Shown here piece after piece: positions 45,197-55,554 of a DNA stretch of 64,000 nucleotides. The position numbers and the translations under genes are program-made. The stretch lies in IMG/VR virus record IMGVR_UViG_3300008255_000127, one strand, 5' to 3'. The notes under the pieces are model-generated. The model did not search any database. It was given only the letters and a program-made list of their open reading frames with translations, and was not told the origin of the DNA. The stretch is from an uncultured virus (IMG/VR IMGVR_UViG_3300008255_000127). Taxonomy: Duplodnaviria > Heunggongvirae > Uroviricota > Caudoviricetes. Within the stretch, counting starts at the first letter, position 1. Each line of letters begins with the position of its first letter.

Positions 45197-46885
45197 GTCG
45201 CCCCCGGGTCGGCCCGGCGCGCGCGGTGCCGCGCCAGCGCCAGCCAGTAGAGCCCTCGGTCGTCGGCGGTCAGCCCAGCGGCGCGCGCCTCGTCGTAGGT
45301 GCGCTCGATCGCCTCGAGCACCGCGGCGGCCCGCCGGCGCTCGATGTCCTTCGCCGCGCACACCCCGCGGAAGCGGTCGACCGCCCGGGCGAGGCGTCGA
45401 TCGAGCAGCCGGAGCAGCTCGCGCATCCCGCGGTCGCGCTCGAAGCCCTCGGCGGCCTGGGGCCGGGCGCGAAGCTCCGCCTCGATCTGCCGGCTGATCA
45501 CCGCCGATCCGCGCTGGTAGGCCGCGTGCCCCATCAGCCCTCCGCCTCCTCGGCCCAGGCCCGCTCGAGCGCCGGCTGGCACATGGCGACGAGCTGGGCG
45601 AGCCCGGGCGCGCCGGCGGCGTCGAGCAGCTCGGCGCAGGTCGCGCAGTCGTGCTTCTGCAGCGCGTGCTCGGCGGCGCCCACCAGCTCGCCGGGCGACT
45701 TCATCTGCCCCTGCGCGATCGCCACCGCCCAGGCGACGCGGTCGGGGGTCTTCGCGCGGCGCGCCTCGATGAGGTAGAGCGCGCGGCGCGCGTGCTCGCG
45801 CAGCTTCGCCGGGTCGAAGGCGGTCGCCTTCGCCATGTCCAGCGCCTCGACGATGCTCGCCAGCGACGGCACCTCGAGCTTGATCCTCTTCACCATCGGT
45901 CAGTCCTCCTCCCAGGGGTCGACGTCCTCGGGCTCGACCTCGGCGATCCGCAGGTCGGCCAGCACCGGGGTGCCGCAGCTCTCGGTCGCGCGGGCGGTGA
46001 TCACCCCCAGCTCGACGAGCCGCTCGATCCGGTCGTAGTTCAGGCGGGCGGCGCCGGCGCGCCAGACCTCGTCCAGCTCGCCGGCGTCGATCGCCAGCAG
46101 CAGGTCCGCGTCCTCTCGGCTGATCGGATGCTCGGCCTCGATCGCGTCGGGGTCCTTGCCGGTGCGCTTGATGATCGCCCCGATGATCGCGTCAGCCATC
46201 GGCCCGCTCCGGCCTGCGGCGCACCGTGATCTGCGGGCAGGCCCCGCCACCGAGCACCACCTCGTCGCCGGGCTCGAGCGCGCGCACCGCGTCGCAGGTC
46301 TCGGGGTCGTCCTCGTTGACGCTCAGGAAGCTCTCGATCGAGCTGCCCCATTCGACGCGCCCGGCCTCGTCGATGCCGATCAGCTCGTAGCTCTGCCGGA
46401 TCTCTCGGGTCATCCCATCCTCACGATCTTGGTGGCCAGGGTGGTCATGCCGGCGCAGGCGGCGCGCGCGAAGCGCCGGGCCTCGGGGTCGAGGCGCCGG
46501 TTCTCGGCGTCGCCGTCCTCGGCGTTGGCGATGTCGTTGAAGAGGCGCCAGAGCGCCTCGCGGTCGTCGGCGCCGTCGGGCACCGCCAGCCGGCCGTCGC
46601 TGTAGCAGCGGGCGGCGAGCTGGTAGGCGGCGGTCTCCTCGGCGTCGAGCCCGTGGCCGTCGGGGTCGGCGGCCAGCTCGGCGATGCGCGTCTCGAAGAC
46701 CCCCCGGGCGTGTCCCCGGACCAGCAGGCGGGCGCTCATCGGGCGGCCTTCTTCGCGGCCAGCGCCTTCTGGTGGCGGGCGCTGCGCTCGTGCTTCGCGA
46801 TGTTCATCAGGTGGACCCGAGCCCCGCAGCAGGAGCAGGTGGTGTGGGTGGCGGCGCGGCTGGCGTTGCGGTTCGTGCGGCTCAT
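45193..46885 (-). CDS. Operon of about six small hypothetical genes, the first a 49-aa zinc-finger-like protein (46736-46885)
   Basis: Overlapping start/stop coupling. First ORF has CSCC…H…H. Downstream of promoter copy 9. Confidence 0.55.
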
Positions 46886-46909
46886 CGTGTTCCCCTTCGT
46901 TCTGATCAC

Positions 46910-46938
46910 ACATTACCGGACGCGCCGTCCTGCATCCA
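46910..46938 (-). promoter_or_regulatory. Repeated promoter/operator element, copy 9
   Basis: TGGATG-CAGGAC-N5-GTCCGG-TAATGT. Confidence 0.8.
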
Positions 46939-47131
46939 GTCGTTTCGCGGGTTATTCGACCATCGCGCGTCGAATCTCGAGGGCGCGCAGGCCCTTGGCG
47001 AGTCGGAAGGGGAGGGCGGTCAGCGGCTTCGGGGTGGTCATCGTCGGCTCCTTCGTCGTGGGGCGCGCCTCGCGCCCTTCTACTGCCGCAGCCCGCTCGA
47101 GGCGGGCGTCGGCGCGGCGGGCGGCCTGGGC

Positions 47132-47356
47132 TCAGGCGGCGCCGTGAAGCTCGAGGGCCTCGTCGCCGAGGATGGCGTCGATCAGCCCGAAGGCTTCGTC
47201 GGCGCTCATCGGCATCCGGCGGCGGGCGGCGCCGGCCCGGAGGCAGGTGGCGAGGTCGCGATGGCTGTGCTCGCCGGTGGCGGCCAGAGCGCGGATGCTG
47301 CGGCAGAGGGTCTCGTTGGCGATAATGCGGTCGGCGTTGGCGGCGGTGATGGTCAT
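47132..47356 (-). CDS. Small early hypothetical protein
   Basis: Begins MTITAANA with a GGGAG RBS, downstream of promoter copy 10. Confidence 0.6.
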   Translation of the reverse strand: MTITAANADRIIANETLCRSIRALAATGEHSHRDLATCLRAGAARRRMPMSADEAFGLIDAILGDEALELHGAA

Positions 47357-47424
47357 CTCGGTCTCCCTGGTTGCTTGGGGCGCCTCGCCCCCGGGCGGGG
47401 TCCGTTCCCCGTCCTTCTGTAACC

Positions 47425-47453
47425 ACTATGCCGGAATGCCCGTCCGGCATCCA
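47425..47453 (-). promoter_or_regulatory. Repeated promoter/operator element, copy 10
   Basis: TGGATG-CCGGAC-N5-TTCCGG-CATAGT. Confidence 0.8.
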
Positions 47454-47492
47454 GTCGATTCGACCACTTTCTGAACTTTGTTGGTCGATGAT

Positions 47493-48252
47493 CTAGCCGC
47501 CCAGCACCGCCCCCCGGCCCGCGCAGCGAGCGCAGACCACGTCGCCGTCCCCACCGCACGCCTCGCAAGCCGGGTCGCCGACCAGCTCCGCGACGTCCTC
47601 GTAGGTCTCCGGCAGGCACGAGCACGGCACCCGAGACTGCCCCGAGCAGGCCGGGCAGACGATCGGCCCGCCGCGCGCGGCGGCCTCGGAGTCAACGATA
47701 TTCGACCCAGGGGTGTTGATCGCCAGCGTCTCTCGGTCCCAGCTCACCAGCTTGAAGCCGGCGTCGGGCACCGGCCCCGCGTCCGGCCCGATCTTGAGCC
47801 GCACCTCGGTGTCGCCGATGAACGAGGTCAGGCGCGCTCGCCGCGTCTCGCCCTCCCATGGTCACCGGCGCCGGGTCGAGCGTCGCGTCGGCGTGCCACC
47901 AGGGCTTGCGCCCCAGGCTGCGCTCGATCGACGTCGCCGCGCTGTGGTTGCGCGCGGTCACCGCGAGGCGCAGCGCGGGCTCTGCGTCGATGAGGAACTG
48001 CGCCATGCGCCCCGCATCGCGCCGAATGAAGGCGAAGTCGTCGGGGCCGAAGCCGACCCGGCCCTCGATGGCGCCGACGAGGATCTGGTTGGCGGCCATC
48101 CCGCGGATGCGACGCGACTGCGTGATCGTCGCCTCCCAATAGAGCTGCATCAGGGCCAGCACCGGGCCGACCTTCTCGGGGAAGGCGTGGTAGGCGCTCC
48201 GGCTGTACTCGAGCACCCAGGCGATCGCCTGCTGGTCAGGTCGCAGGGCCAT
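47493..48252 (-). CDS. Protein with C-terminal DnaJ-type CxxCxGxG zinc finger, frameshift near 47859
   Basis: Contains CPACSG, CEACGGDG and CARCAGRG. The frames join if one base is removed. Confidence 0.5.
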
Positions 48253-51200
48253 CGGCCACCTCCTCGATCTCGCCGATGGCGTGCAGCGCGCCGGCCAGGG
48301 TCCGGTGCCAGCCGGGCGCCAGCTCGCCGTCATCGATCGGCTTCTCGTCGAGCTGCAGCTCCACGCTGCCCATGTCCTCGCCGAAGAACCGCTCGGCGAC
48401 CCGCGCCCCGCACCAGCCGTCGGCGATCGTCACCAGATCGCCCACCGCCGGCAGCAGTGCGCCAGGCTCGAGCCGCAGCGCGCGCCACGCGCTCACACTC
48501 AGGTCCGGGCCGACCTTGCGGCCCTTCAACAACACGATCATGTCCAGCTCCTTCAGGGCAGCGCCGACAGCGCCCACCCGATCAGGCCGGCGAGCGCGAG
48601 GCCCACCAGCAGCCCGGCGGCGAAGCTCTCGCGCGCCACCTCCGTCTCGTCCTCGGGGTGCATCCCGTAGATGTGCTTCCCCCGCAACACCCGGGTCCAG
48701 GGCTCCTTCAACATCGCCCGGTCGCCTCCAGCAGCGCCTCGGCCTCGGCGAGCTGCTCGGCGAGGTCGGCCGGGTCCTTGTCGGCGTGCGGGGGCACCTC
48801 GGCGAGGATGCGGGCGGCCAGCTTGTTCGCCTGCGACACCCGCGCCGCGAACGCGGCCAGGGCCTCGGGCATGACGCTCGCCGATCCGCCCGGCGGCGCC
48901 GTCCCGATCTGCAGCAGCCCGTAGACCGCGTTGAAGGCACGTCGGCTGATCCTCATCGCCCCGACCTCGCTTCGACCGTCGCGCGCTCGATCCACGCATC
49001 GCGCGCAGCCACCGCGGCGGCCCGCGCCGCCGACCGCCTCGGGGTCGCGCCGCCATCGCCGTGGATCTCGCCGGCGTCCACCACCACCCTGTCGCGGCTG
49101 TCGAAGCCGGCGAAGCGACCGAGCACCCGAACCTGCCAGCCCCAGCCGGCGCCCCGGCGCTCGGTGTAGATCTCGAAGATCGGCGCGTTCACGGCTTCGG
49201 CTCCCCCGCGGCTGCGTGCCGCGCATCGATGTCGGCGATCCAGGCCAGGGCCTGCTCGGCGTCGAGCCCGCGCGGCATCGCCTTCGGCCCGCGCTCCCAG
49301 CACCGACCGCTCCCCAGGATCAGGAGGCCGGCGCCCTCTCGCGCCGCGCGGATCACGACGCCACCCGCACGAACAGCGCCGAGCCGTCGCCGTGGTCGTA
49401 GACCTTCCGCGCGTACCCCTTTGCCACGAGCCGCTCGGCCACCCGGGCGTCGCGCCCGGAGAGCAGCCGGCTCGCCTGCTCGAGCAGCGCGTCGAAGACC
49501 TCGCGCTGCCGCTTCGTCATCCGGTCCCGGTCAGCCATCGTCGTCGTCCTCCTCGTCCGGCGGCCCGAAGCCGCCCGTCGTCTCCACCATCGCGTGCTCG
49601 CCGAGCATCCACTCGACCACCCCGCGCAACACCGGCCAGGGCAGCCGACGGCCCGTCGCATCGAGCACCCCGTCCAGGGTCACCGGCCCATGCGCCAGCC
49701 GGGCCTCGATCTGCTCGCGCGCCTCGATGCAGTCGCCGCAGGTGTAGGCGGCCATCGGGTCGACCGCGCGGCCCGTGTCGAAGTCGCGCTCGCAGACCAC
49801 GCAGGTCGCGATCGTCGGGCCGGGCGTCATCGCCCACCACCCACCGGCCGCTCGTGCCGGCCCCGGCCACCGCCACGAGGCCGAGACGTTCGCCCGTTCG
49901 CCCCGCAGACCTCACAGCGCCAGCGCACCTTGCGGTCCTCGCCGCGCACCAGCATGCCCTGGATCTGCTCGTAGCCGACCGGCCCGTCGCAGGGTGACCG
50001 CCACAGCGTCGGCGGCAGCACCCAGGCGAACCGGAGGCCGATCGCGTCGCGCCGATCGAGCAGCACCAGCACCCGGCGCGCCCGGGCGTCGAAGATCATC
50101 GCCCCCTGGACCGTCCGGCCGTGCGTCCCGATCTCGGCGATCTCCGTGCGCATCGCCTCGAGGAACCCCGAGGGCGTCCCCCGAAGGCAATCGGCCTCCG
50201 GCTGCAACCAGACCACCCGGCCCGGCTCGCCGCGCCAGTGGACCACCGCGCCCACCGCCAGCTCGTCGATCTTCACCGCGCCCTCCGATCCGCCTTCGCG
50301 ACGTGCTCGTCGATCGCCCTCACCACCGCGTCGCGCCCGCCGGCCTGGGCCGCCTCGATCAGCCAGGGCAGCGACCGCACCGAGCCCCGACCGTCGTCGT
50401 CGATCTGGTCGTCCAGCTCCGTGGCATCGCCCGCGGCCCGGCGCACAACCCGGTCGACCAGCCCAAGCCCGTCCGGCGGCTCCCCCGACACCGGCTCGAA
50501 GCTGCTGTGCCAGGGCCGCGTGCAGGGTCCGCAGGGGAAGGCATAGCCGCGCTCGCGCCCGTCCTTCGCCCACCGGCAGTCGGCACAGGCCCCGCGCGGC
50601 TCCACCGGCTTTGGCTCGAGGCCGGCCAGGGCGAACAGCGCGTCGATCTGCTCGGCCGTCGCCTGCCCCAGCCCCGCGCTGACGAAGTGCCAGCGGCCGT
50701 CGCGCCCCAGCCCCGAGATCCCACCGCCCTGCTTCGGGCTGAACCATCGGCTCAGGATCTCGCGCAGCGCATCGACCCCGGGGTGCCGGACCAGCGCCAC
50801 CGCCTCGGGGTGGTGTTCGACCGCGCCAAGCAGCGCCTCGAGCCCGCGGCCCAGCGCCCGGCGCCCGCCGGCCTCCGCCACCCGGCGCGCCCCCTCGTCG
50901 ATGGCGCGCTCAACCCGAGCGTCGAACGCCTCCTGGCTCTCGATCCCGGCGACACCCGGCGCCTCCAGCAGCAGCGCGTCCATCTCGCGCTCGTGATCCG
51001 GGTCGCCCGCAGGCCACCCGCTCTCAACCTCGGCGACCCCGTCAGCCAAGGCCGCGACCGCCTGGGCCAGATCGCCCTCGGCGTCGGTCGGGTCCACCCC
51101 ATCGAGGCAGCCAACCACCGCCCCGGCCTCGGCCAGCAGGCGGTCCCGCGCCCGCTCGGCCAGCATCTGCTCGCGCGTCTTCACGACAACACCTCCGTCC

Positions 51201-52402
51201 AGAGCAGGTCCAGCCGGACCGAGCCCGGCTTCGCGCCGGCCAGCGTCAACCCCGCTGTGTCGAGCGCGCGCGGTAGACCGATCGCCGCCTTCCGCAACGC
51301 GGCCGTCGCCGTCCTCGCACGCACCGTCCATCCGATCGCGTGGACACCGGCCTCGTCCTTCCACTCGATGTTCCACCGCCAGATCTGCATCTTCGTCCTC
51401 CTCGCCGGGGCACCTCGCCAGGGGCTTCTACGACCTCAGCCCCGCCGAAGCAGGGCTCGGGGCCGGACGTACAGTGGGCAGTCAGACGTAGATCCACTCG
51501 CCGTTCGGCAGTTTGATCTCCAGGGTCTTGCCGGAGCCGCGGGTCGAGAGCCCGCCCCACTCGATCTTCGCCTTGTCATCTTCGCCCATGACGACGACGC
51601 CGGCCGTGACCGTCGCGCCACCGCGCGCCACCCCGCCCCGGAAGTCGCGATCGAAGGCCACCACGACCGTGCCGACGATGACGCTGACCGTCTGCTTGCA
51701 GAGCCGCGCGCTGGCGAGGCCACCGCGCCCCTCCCATGAACCCCGCACGTCCTGGCCCTCGGCTGCCCACCGGAACATGGAGTCGCCCGGCTCGAGGATG
51801 CGCCGGTTCTCCTCGGTGCCGTTGCACCGGGCGTTCCAGTCGCGCTTGCGGGCCAGGATGCGCACCCGCGCGGGCTCCGCTTCGGCGGGCTCGACCCTCG
51901 CCTTCGCCGCGATGGCCTCGATGTCGCGGGCCATCGTCCGTGTCGCCGTGCCGGCCAAGAGCGTCCCCGCCCCCACCAGCCGGTCCAAGTACTCCGCGAT
52001 CGCGTCGACCACCTTCTCGTTCGTGGGCTCGATCTCGATGCTCATGTCGATCTCCTGTTGCTCCGCCCCGGGCCACCCGGAGCTCCTACGACCCCAGCCC
52101 GCCGGAGCGGGCTCTGGTCGATCCTCTTCGTCCTCGTTGGCTCAGAAGGGGATGTCCTCCGAGTCGGCCAGATCCGCGGCCTCGCGATCGATCCGCGCGG
52201 CATCCTCCGCCTCCCAGCGCGCGATCTCCGCCTGACACTCCGGGCTCGCCGCCCAGCGCTCGGCCTCGGCATCCATCTCCGCCTGCGCGATCAGCGCCTC
52301 GAGGCGAAGGTCGGCGGCGGTGGCTGCCCAGCGCTCCGCGTGATCGTCGAGGCGGGCGTTGAACTCGATCTCCAACTCGTGAGTCGCGGCGGCGTAGGTC
52401 AT
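48236..52402 (-). CDS. Cluster of about 12 short coupled hypothetical early genes (including 51482-52045 and 52142-52402)
   Basis: Chain of overlapping minus-strand ORFs downstream of promoter copy 11. No recognisable families. Confidence 0.45.
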
Positions 52403-52471
52403 TTCTGGCTCCTTCATGGTCGGCGGGGCGCCTCGCCCCTGGCTGGGCGTCTCCCCCAACCTTCTAGGATC

Positions 52472-52500
52472 ACCTTACCAGCCCGTCCGTCCGGCATCCA
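52472..52500 (-). promoter_or_regulatory. Repeated promoter/operator element, copy 11
   Basis: TGGATG-CCGGAC-N5-GGCTGG-TAAGGT. Confidence 0.75.
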
Positions 52501-52536
52501 GTCGAAATCGGCATCTATTCGCTCGCCGATGTCGAT

Positions 52537-53511
52537 TTACCGGACGCCTGCATCGCGACCCCAGCACGCATCCCAGGCAGAGAAGAACGCCGCATCGCCG
52601 AAGCCACACTCGCCGCCAGCCAGCAGATCGCCCCACTCTTCGTGGGCGTTGTCGATGCCGGTCGGGCCGCCCGGCCCGAACAACCCCGCCTGCATGCCGG
52701 GCGCCCGGCCGACTGCGGCGATCTGCGCGGCATACCACCTGCCCATCGCCGCAACCCTCACCGCCATCGTCCTCCCGGTCCTCACCTCCGCGCGCGCGGC
52801 CATGTCCCACGCCATCGAGTCGACACTCGCCACGCGAGGGTTCGCCGCCACCTGCGACATCGCGTCCGACTTGACGCCGAAGAGGTGCAAACGGACCTGG
52901 GCCGGCAGCACGCGGTCGAGCGCGTCGACCACCGCAAGCACGCCTTCCGGTCCTCCGGCCGATCGACGACAGACGGAGCCCACGCCCACGATCTGCGCGT
53001 CGCCGAGGTCGATCTGGCTCGCGTGCCACACGTAGTCCGCAGGCGTTCGACCCTGGAGCACAGGCATGGGCATCGACATCCCCGCGCGTCGAGCCCCGGC
53101 GCGGCATTCCGCGAGCAGCCGGATCGTCTCGGCCTGACGCAGTCGGACCGTTCCACGCCTCGGCGCGATCTCCTCCTCGCAGCAGGCGTCCATCTGCGCC
53201 CACCACGTCCATCGCCTCGACGCCGCGAGCTGCACGTAGTCCTCGATCCGCCAGGGGAATCCTCCGTAGTGCGCCCAGGCGACGAAGCCCGCCGAGTCGA
53301 GCGCCACGTCCATGCCGTCGAGATCAGGGGCGCGGCGAAATCCGGCGAAATCGCGCCACCCCCCACGGCTGAGCAGGCTTCTGCTGCCGGGCTCCGCGAC
53401 GCGCCGGTAGCGCGCCAGCGCGTTCGCGCTCACCAGCACAGGCGCGCCCAAGATCCGGGCGCCGGCAGGCAACGCGCCGCCCACCAGAGGCAGACCGATA
53501 CGGACCATCAT
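52537..53511 (-). CDS. Queuine tRNA-ribosyltransferase (TGT/DpdA)-like TIM-barrel protein
   Basis: Motifs ALDSAGF, QMD.CCE, MPVLQG, VGVGSVCRR, LHLFGVK and ASVDSMAW. Confidence 0.75.
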   Translation of the reverse strand: MMVRIGLPLVGGALPAGARILGAPVLVSANALARYRRVAEPGSRSLLSRGGWRDFAGFRRAPDLDGMDVALDSAGFVAWAHYGGFPWRIEDYVQLAASRRWTWWAQMDACCEEEIAPRRGTVRLRQAETIRLLAECRAGARRAGMSMPMPVLQGRTPADYVWHASQIDLGDAQIVGVGSVCRRSAGGPEGVLAVVDALDRVLPAQVRLHLFGVKSDAMSQVAANPRVASVDSMAWDMAARAEVRTGRTMAVRVAAMGRWYAAQIAAVGRAPGMQAGLFGPGGPTGIDNAHEEWGDLLAGGECGFGDAAFFSAWDACWGRDAGVR

Positions 53512-54802
53512 CGAGGCCACCACGCGCGGTTCGCCACGAGGCGCCCGTCGCCGCGGACGTGGATCCGCATCAACACGTCGCGCAGGATCTCGCCAATCTC
53601 GTCGCCAACCCGGCGCGCCATCAGGTCGGCGAAGACGTCGTCGGCATCCAGACATCCGCCGTGGTGCCAGCCCACCTCCGGGCGGCCGGGGATCTGGTAG
53701 AGCAGGCGAACGGTCGCGCCACGGAGCGGTCGCCCGCACCACGCGCACAGCGGTAGCCGGCGGCTCATCTCGCGCCATCCGCCATCTCGCGCAGCAGCGC
53801 AACGGCGCACGACCGCAAGATGCCCTCCATCGCTTCAGCGCCCACGCGCCCCGCGAAGTCGGGCATCTCGTCGATCGCCTCGGCCGCATCGAGCAAAGCC
53901 CGACGGCGCGCGTCGTCGCGATTCGCAGCCAACCGCGCCAACAGGTCCTCGATCTGGTCCTCGACCGTGCCGCACACGTCGAGGCCGATCGGCACGAGCA
54001 TCGCAAGACGCTCACGCGCCACCACGAGGTCGTTGACCTGCCCCGAGAGCCGGACCAGATCTGCGATCGCCAGATCCGCGGCCTGCTGCATCGGAAAACC
54101 CGGCTGGGCGATCGCCGCCAAAGCACGCAGGGCGTGCAGCGCCTTCTTCGTCTCGCCATCCATCACGCATCCTCCCATTCCGGCGGGATCTCCGCCCACG
54201 CCTCGCGCGCCTCCAGCAGCCGTTCGGGCGACGCGTCCTCGATGCACAACCCGACCATCCCCCGGTGCAGACGGCCGGCCTTTCGCCGCGCGTCGCGCAG
54301 GGCATCCAGATCGCGGCGCGGCAACATCGCCCACTCGATCACCAGCGCCAGAGCCTCGCAGGTCTGACACTCGCCCAGGCGAGGCGACCGATCATCCGGC
54401 GACAGCCGCGCAAGGGCACAGACCTCGAGATGGCGAAGCCGGAGGTCATTCTCTCGGTCCCGAAGGTTGCGCGGGATCATCATCGATCGTGCCGGCAGGA
54501 CCAGCAGTCGGAATCCTTCTCGTACTCCTCGACACTCCCGCAGGAGCATCCCGTTCGCGTCCCGCGCCGGCGCCCACCGCCATTCCGGCCCGCCGAAGGC
54601 GAACTGCTAGACCCACCCACGCTCTCGGTCGCGCAGACCGAGACCCCGCTCCCGACCCAAATCACCTTGCTCACCATCGCCTCCCAGCTCTTGCCGCTGG
54701 CCGTGGTGATCGTGACGATGTCGCCCTCGCAGACGTCGCCCTGGACCTTGGCGCCCCAGGCGCCGCTGCGGAGCTTGGTGGGGTCGCGCTCTTGCCGGCC
54801 AT
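53508..54802 (-). CDS. Four small hypothetical genes; the first (54480-54802) has a homopolymer frameshift near 54781
   Basis: MAGKSATP[fs]TKLRSGAWGAKVQGDV… followed by coupled ORFs. Confidence 0.5.
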
Positions 54803-54850
54803 GTCGGCCTCCTTGGTTGGGGAGGGCGCCTCGCCCTCGATCTGTCTAAC

Positions 54851-54879
54851 GCCTTACCGGACGACGAGGCCGGCATCAA
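54851..54879 (-). promoter_or_regulatory. Repeated promoter/operator element, copy 12
   Basis: TTGATG-CCGGCC-N5-GTCCGG-TAAGGC. Confidence 0.75.
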
Positions 54880-54899
54880 GACGTTTTCTCTGGATCGGC

Positions 54900-55500
54900 G
54901 CGGATATGAAAGGGGGGGGGAGAGGGGCGAGAGGGGGGCGGGGGGCCTCGAACCCCCGACCCCCCCCCGGGGGTGGCCACTGTGGTGTCCATCAGGCCGC
55001 CCACCGAGGGGGGTGGGGGGCCGCTCTGCGCGGCTCCGCGCCAGCGCCCGCGCCGGCGGGGCCGGGGCCGGGCACCTCCCCGGCTGTCAGGGCCGCGGTC
55101 GGGCAAGTCGGCAACTCCGACCCCGCGTTTCGGGGCCTCGCGGCCTCGTAACCCCGCGGAATCACGTAGCCTTGCGCCGGGGTGTTGCCGCTTTTACCCG
55201 AAAGCGGCAACTCCGGGCCGGGTCGGCGGGCGCGCGCCGCGGTCACGATCGCCGGGGCCGCTCCAGACCATGCCCGGCCCCCTCAAGCTCGGCTCGGCGG
55301 CCCGCGATCGAGGCCCCCCGGGGGGCCGTTCGGGGCGAGGGCGCCCGTGTGCGGGGGCGGAGGGGGAGCCCTCTTTTTCCCCTCCCCTCCCCCACCATCG
55401 TCAACCCGGCGGCCCGGCGTGGCACACCCTGGCACGTCGCGTCTCGCATGTAGATCACGCGCGCGCGCACTTCATCTCCGCGTCCGGTGCGCCTCGACCC
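54900..55500. other. Non-coding G/C-tract and palindrome-rich region (candidate packaging site, genome end or origin)
   Basis: Long G and C runs. 11-bp inverted repeat at 55184-55211. Direct repeat CGGCAACTCCG at 55109 and 55205. Flanking genes diverge. Confidence 0.45.
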
Positions 55501-55554
55501 GATCGACGGGGTCTCGCCGGCGGCGTAGCATGGGCCAGACCAAGGAGGCCCACG

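Noticed and set aside
26669..54879. CRISPR array or integron attC array as the explanation for the repeats
   Set aside because: The copies are mostly kilobases apart, degenerate, in both orientations and located 5' of genes with promoter geometry. There are no cas genes or attC RYYYAAC/GTTRRRY ends.
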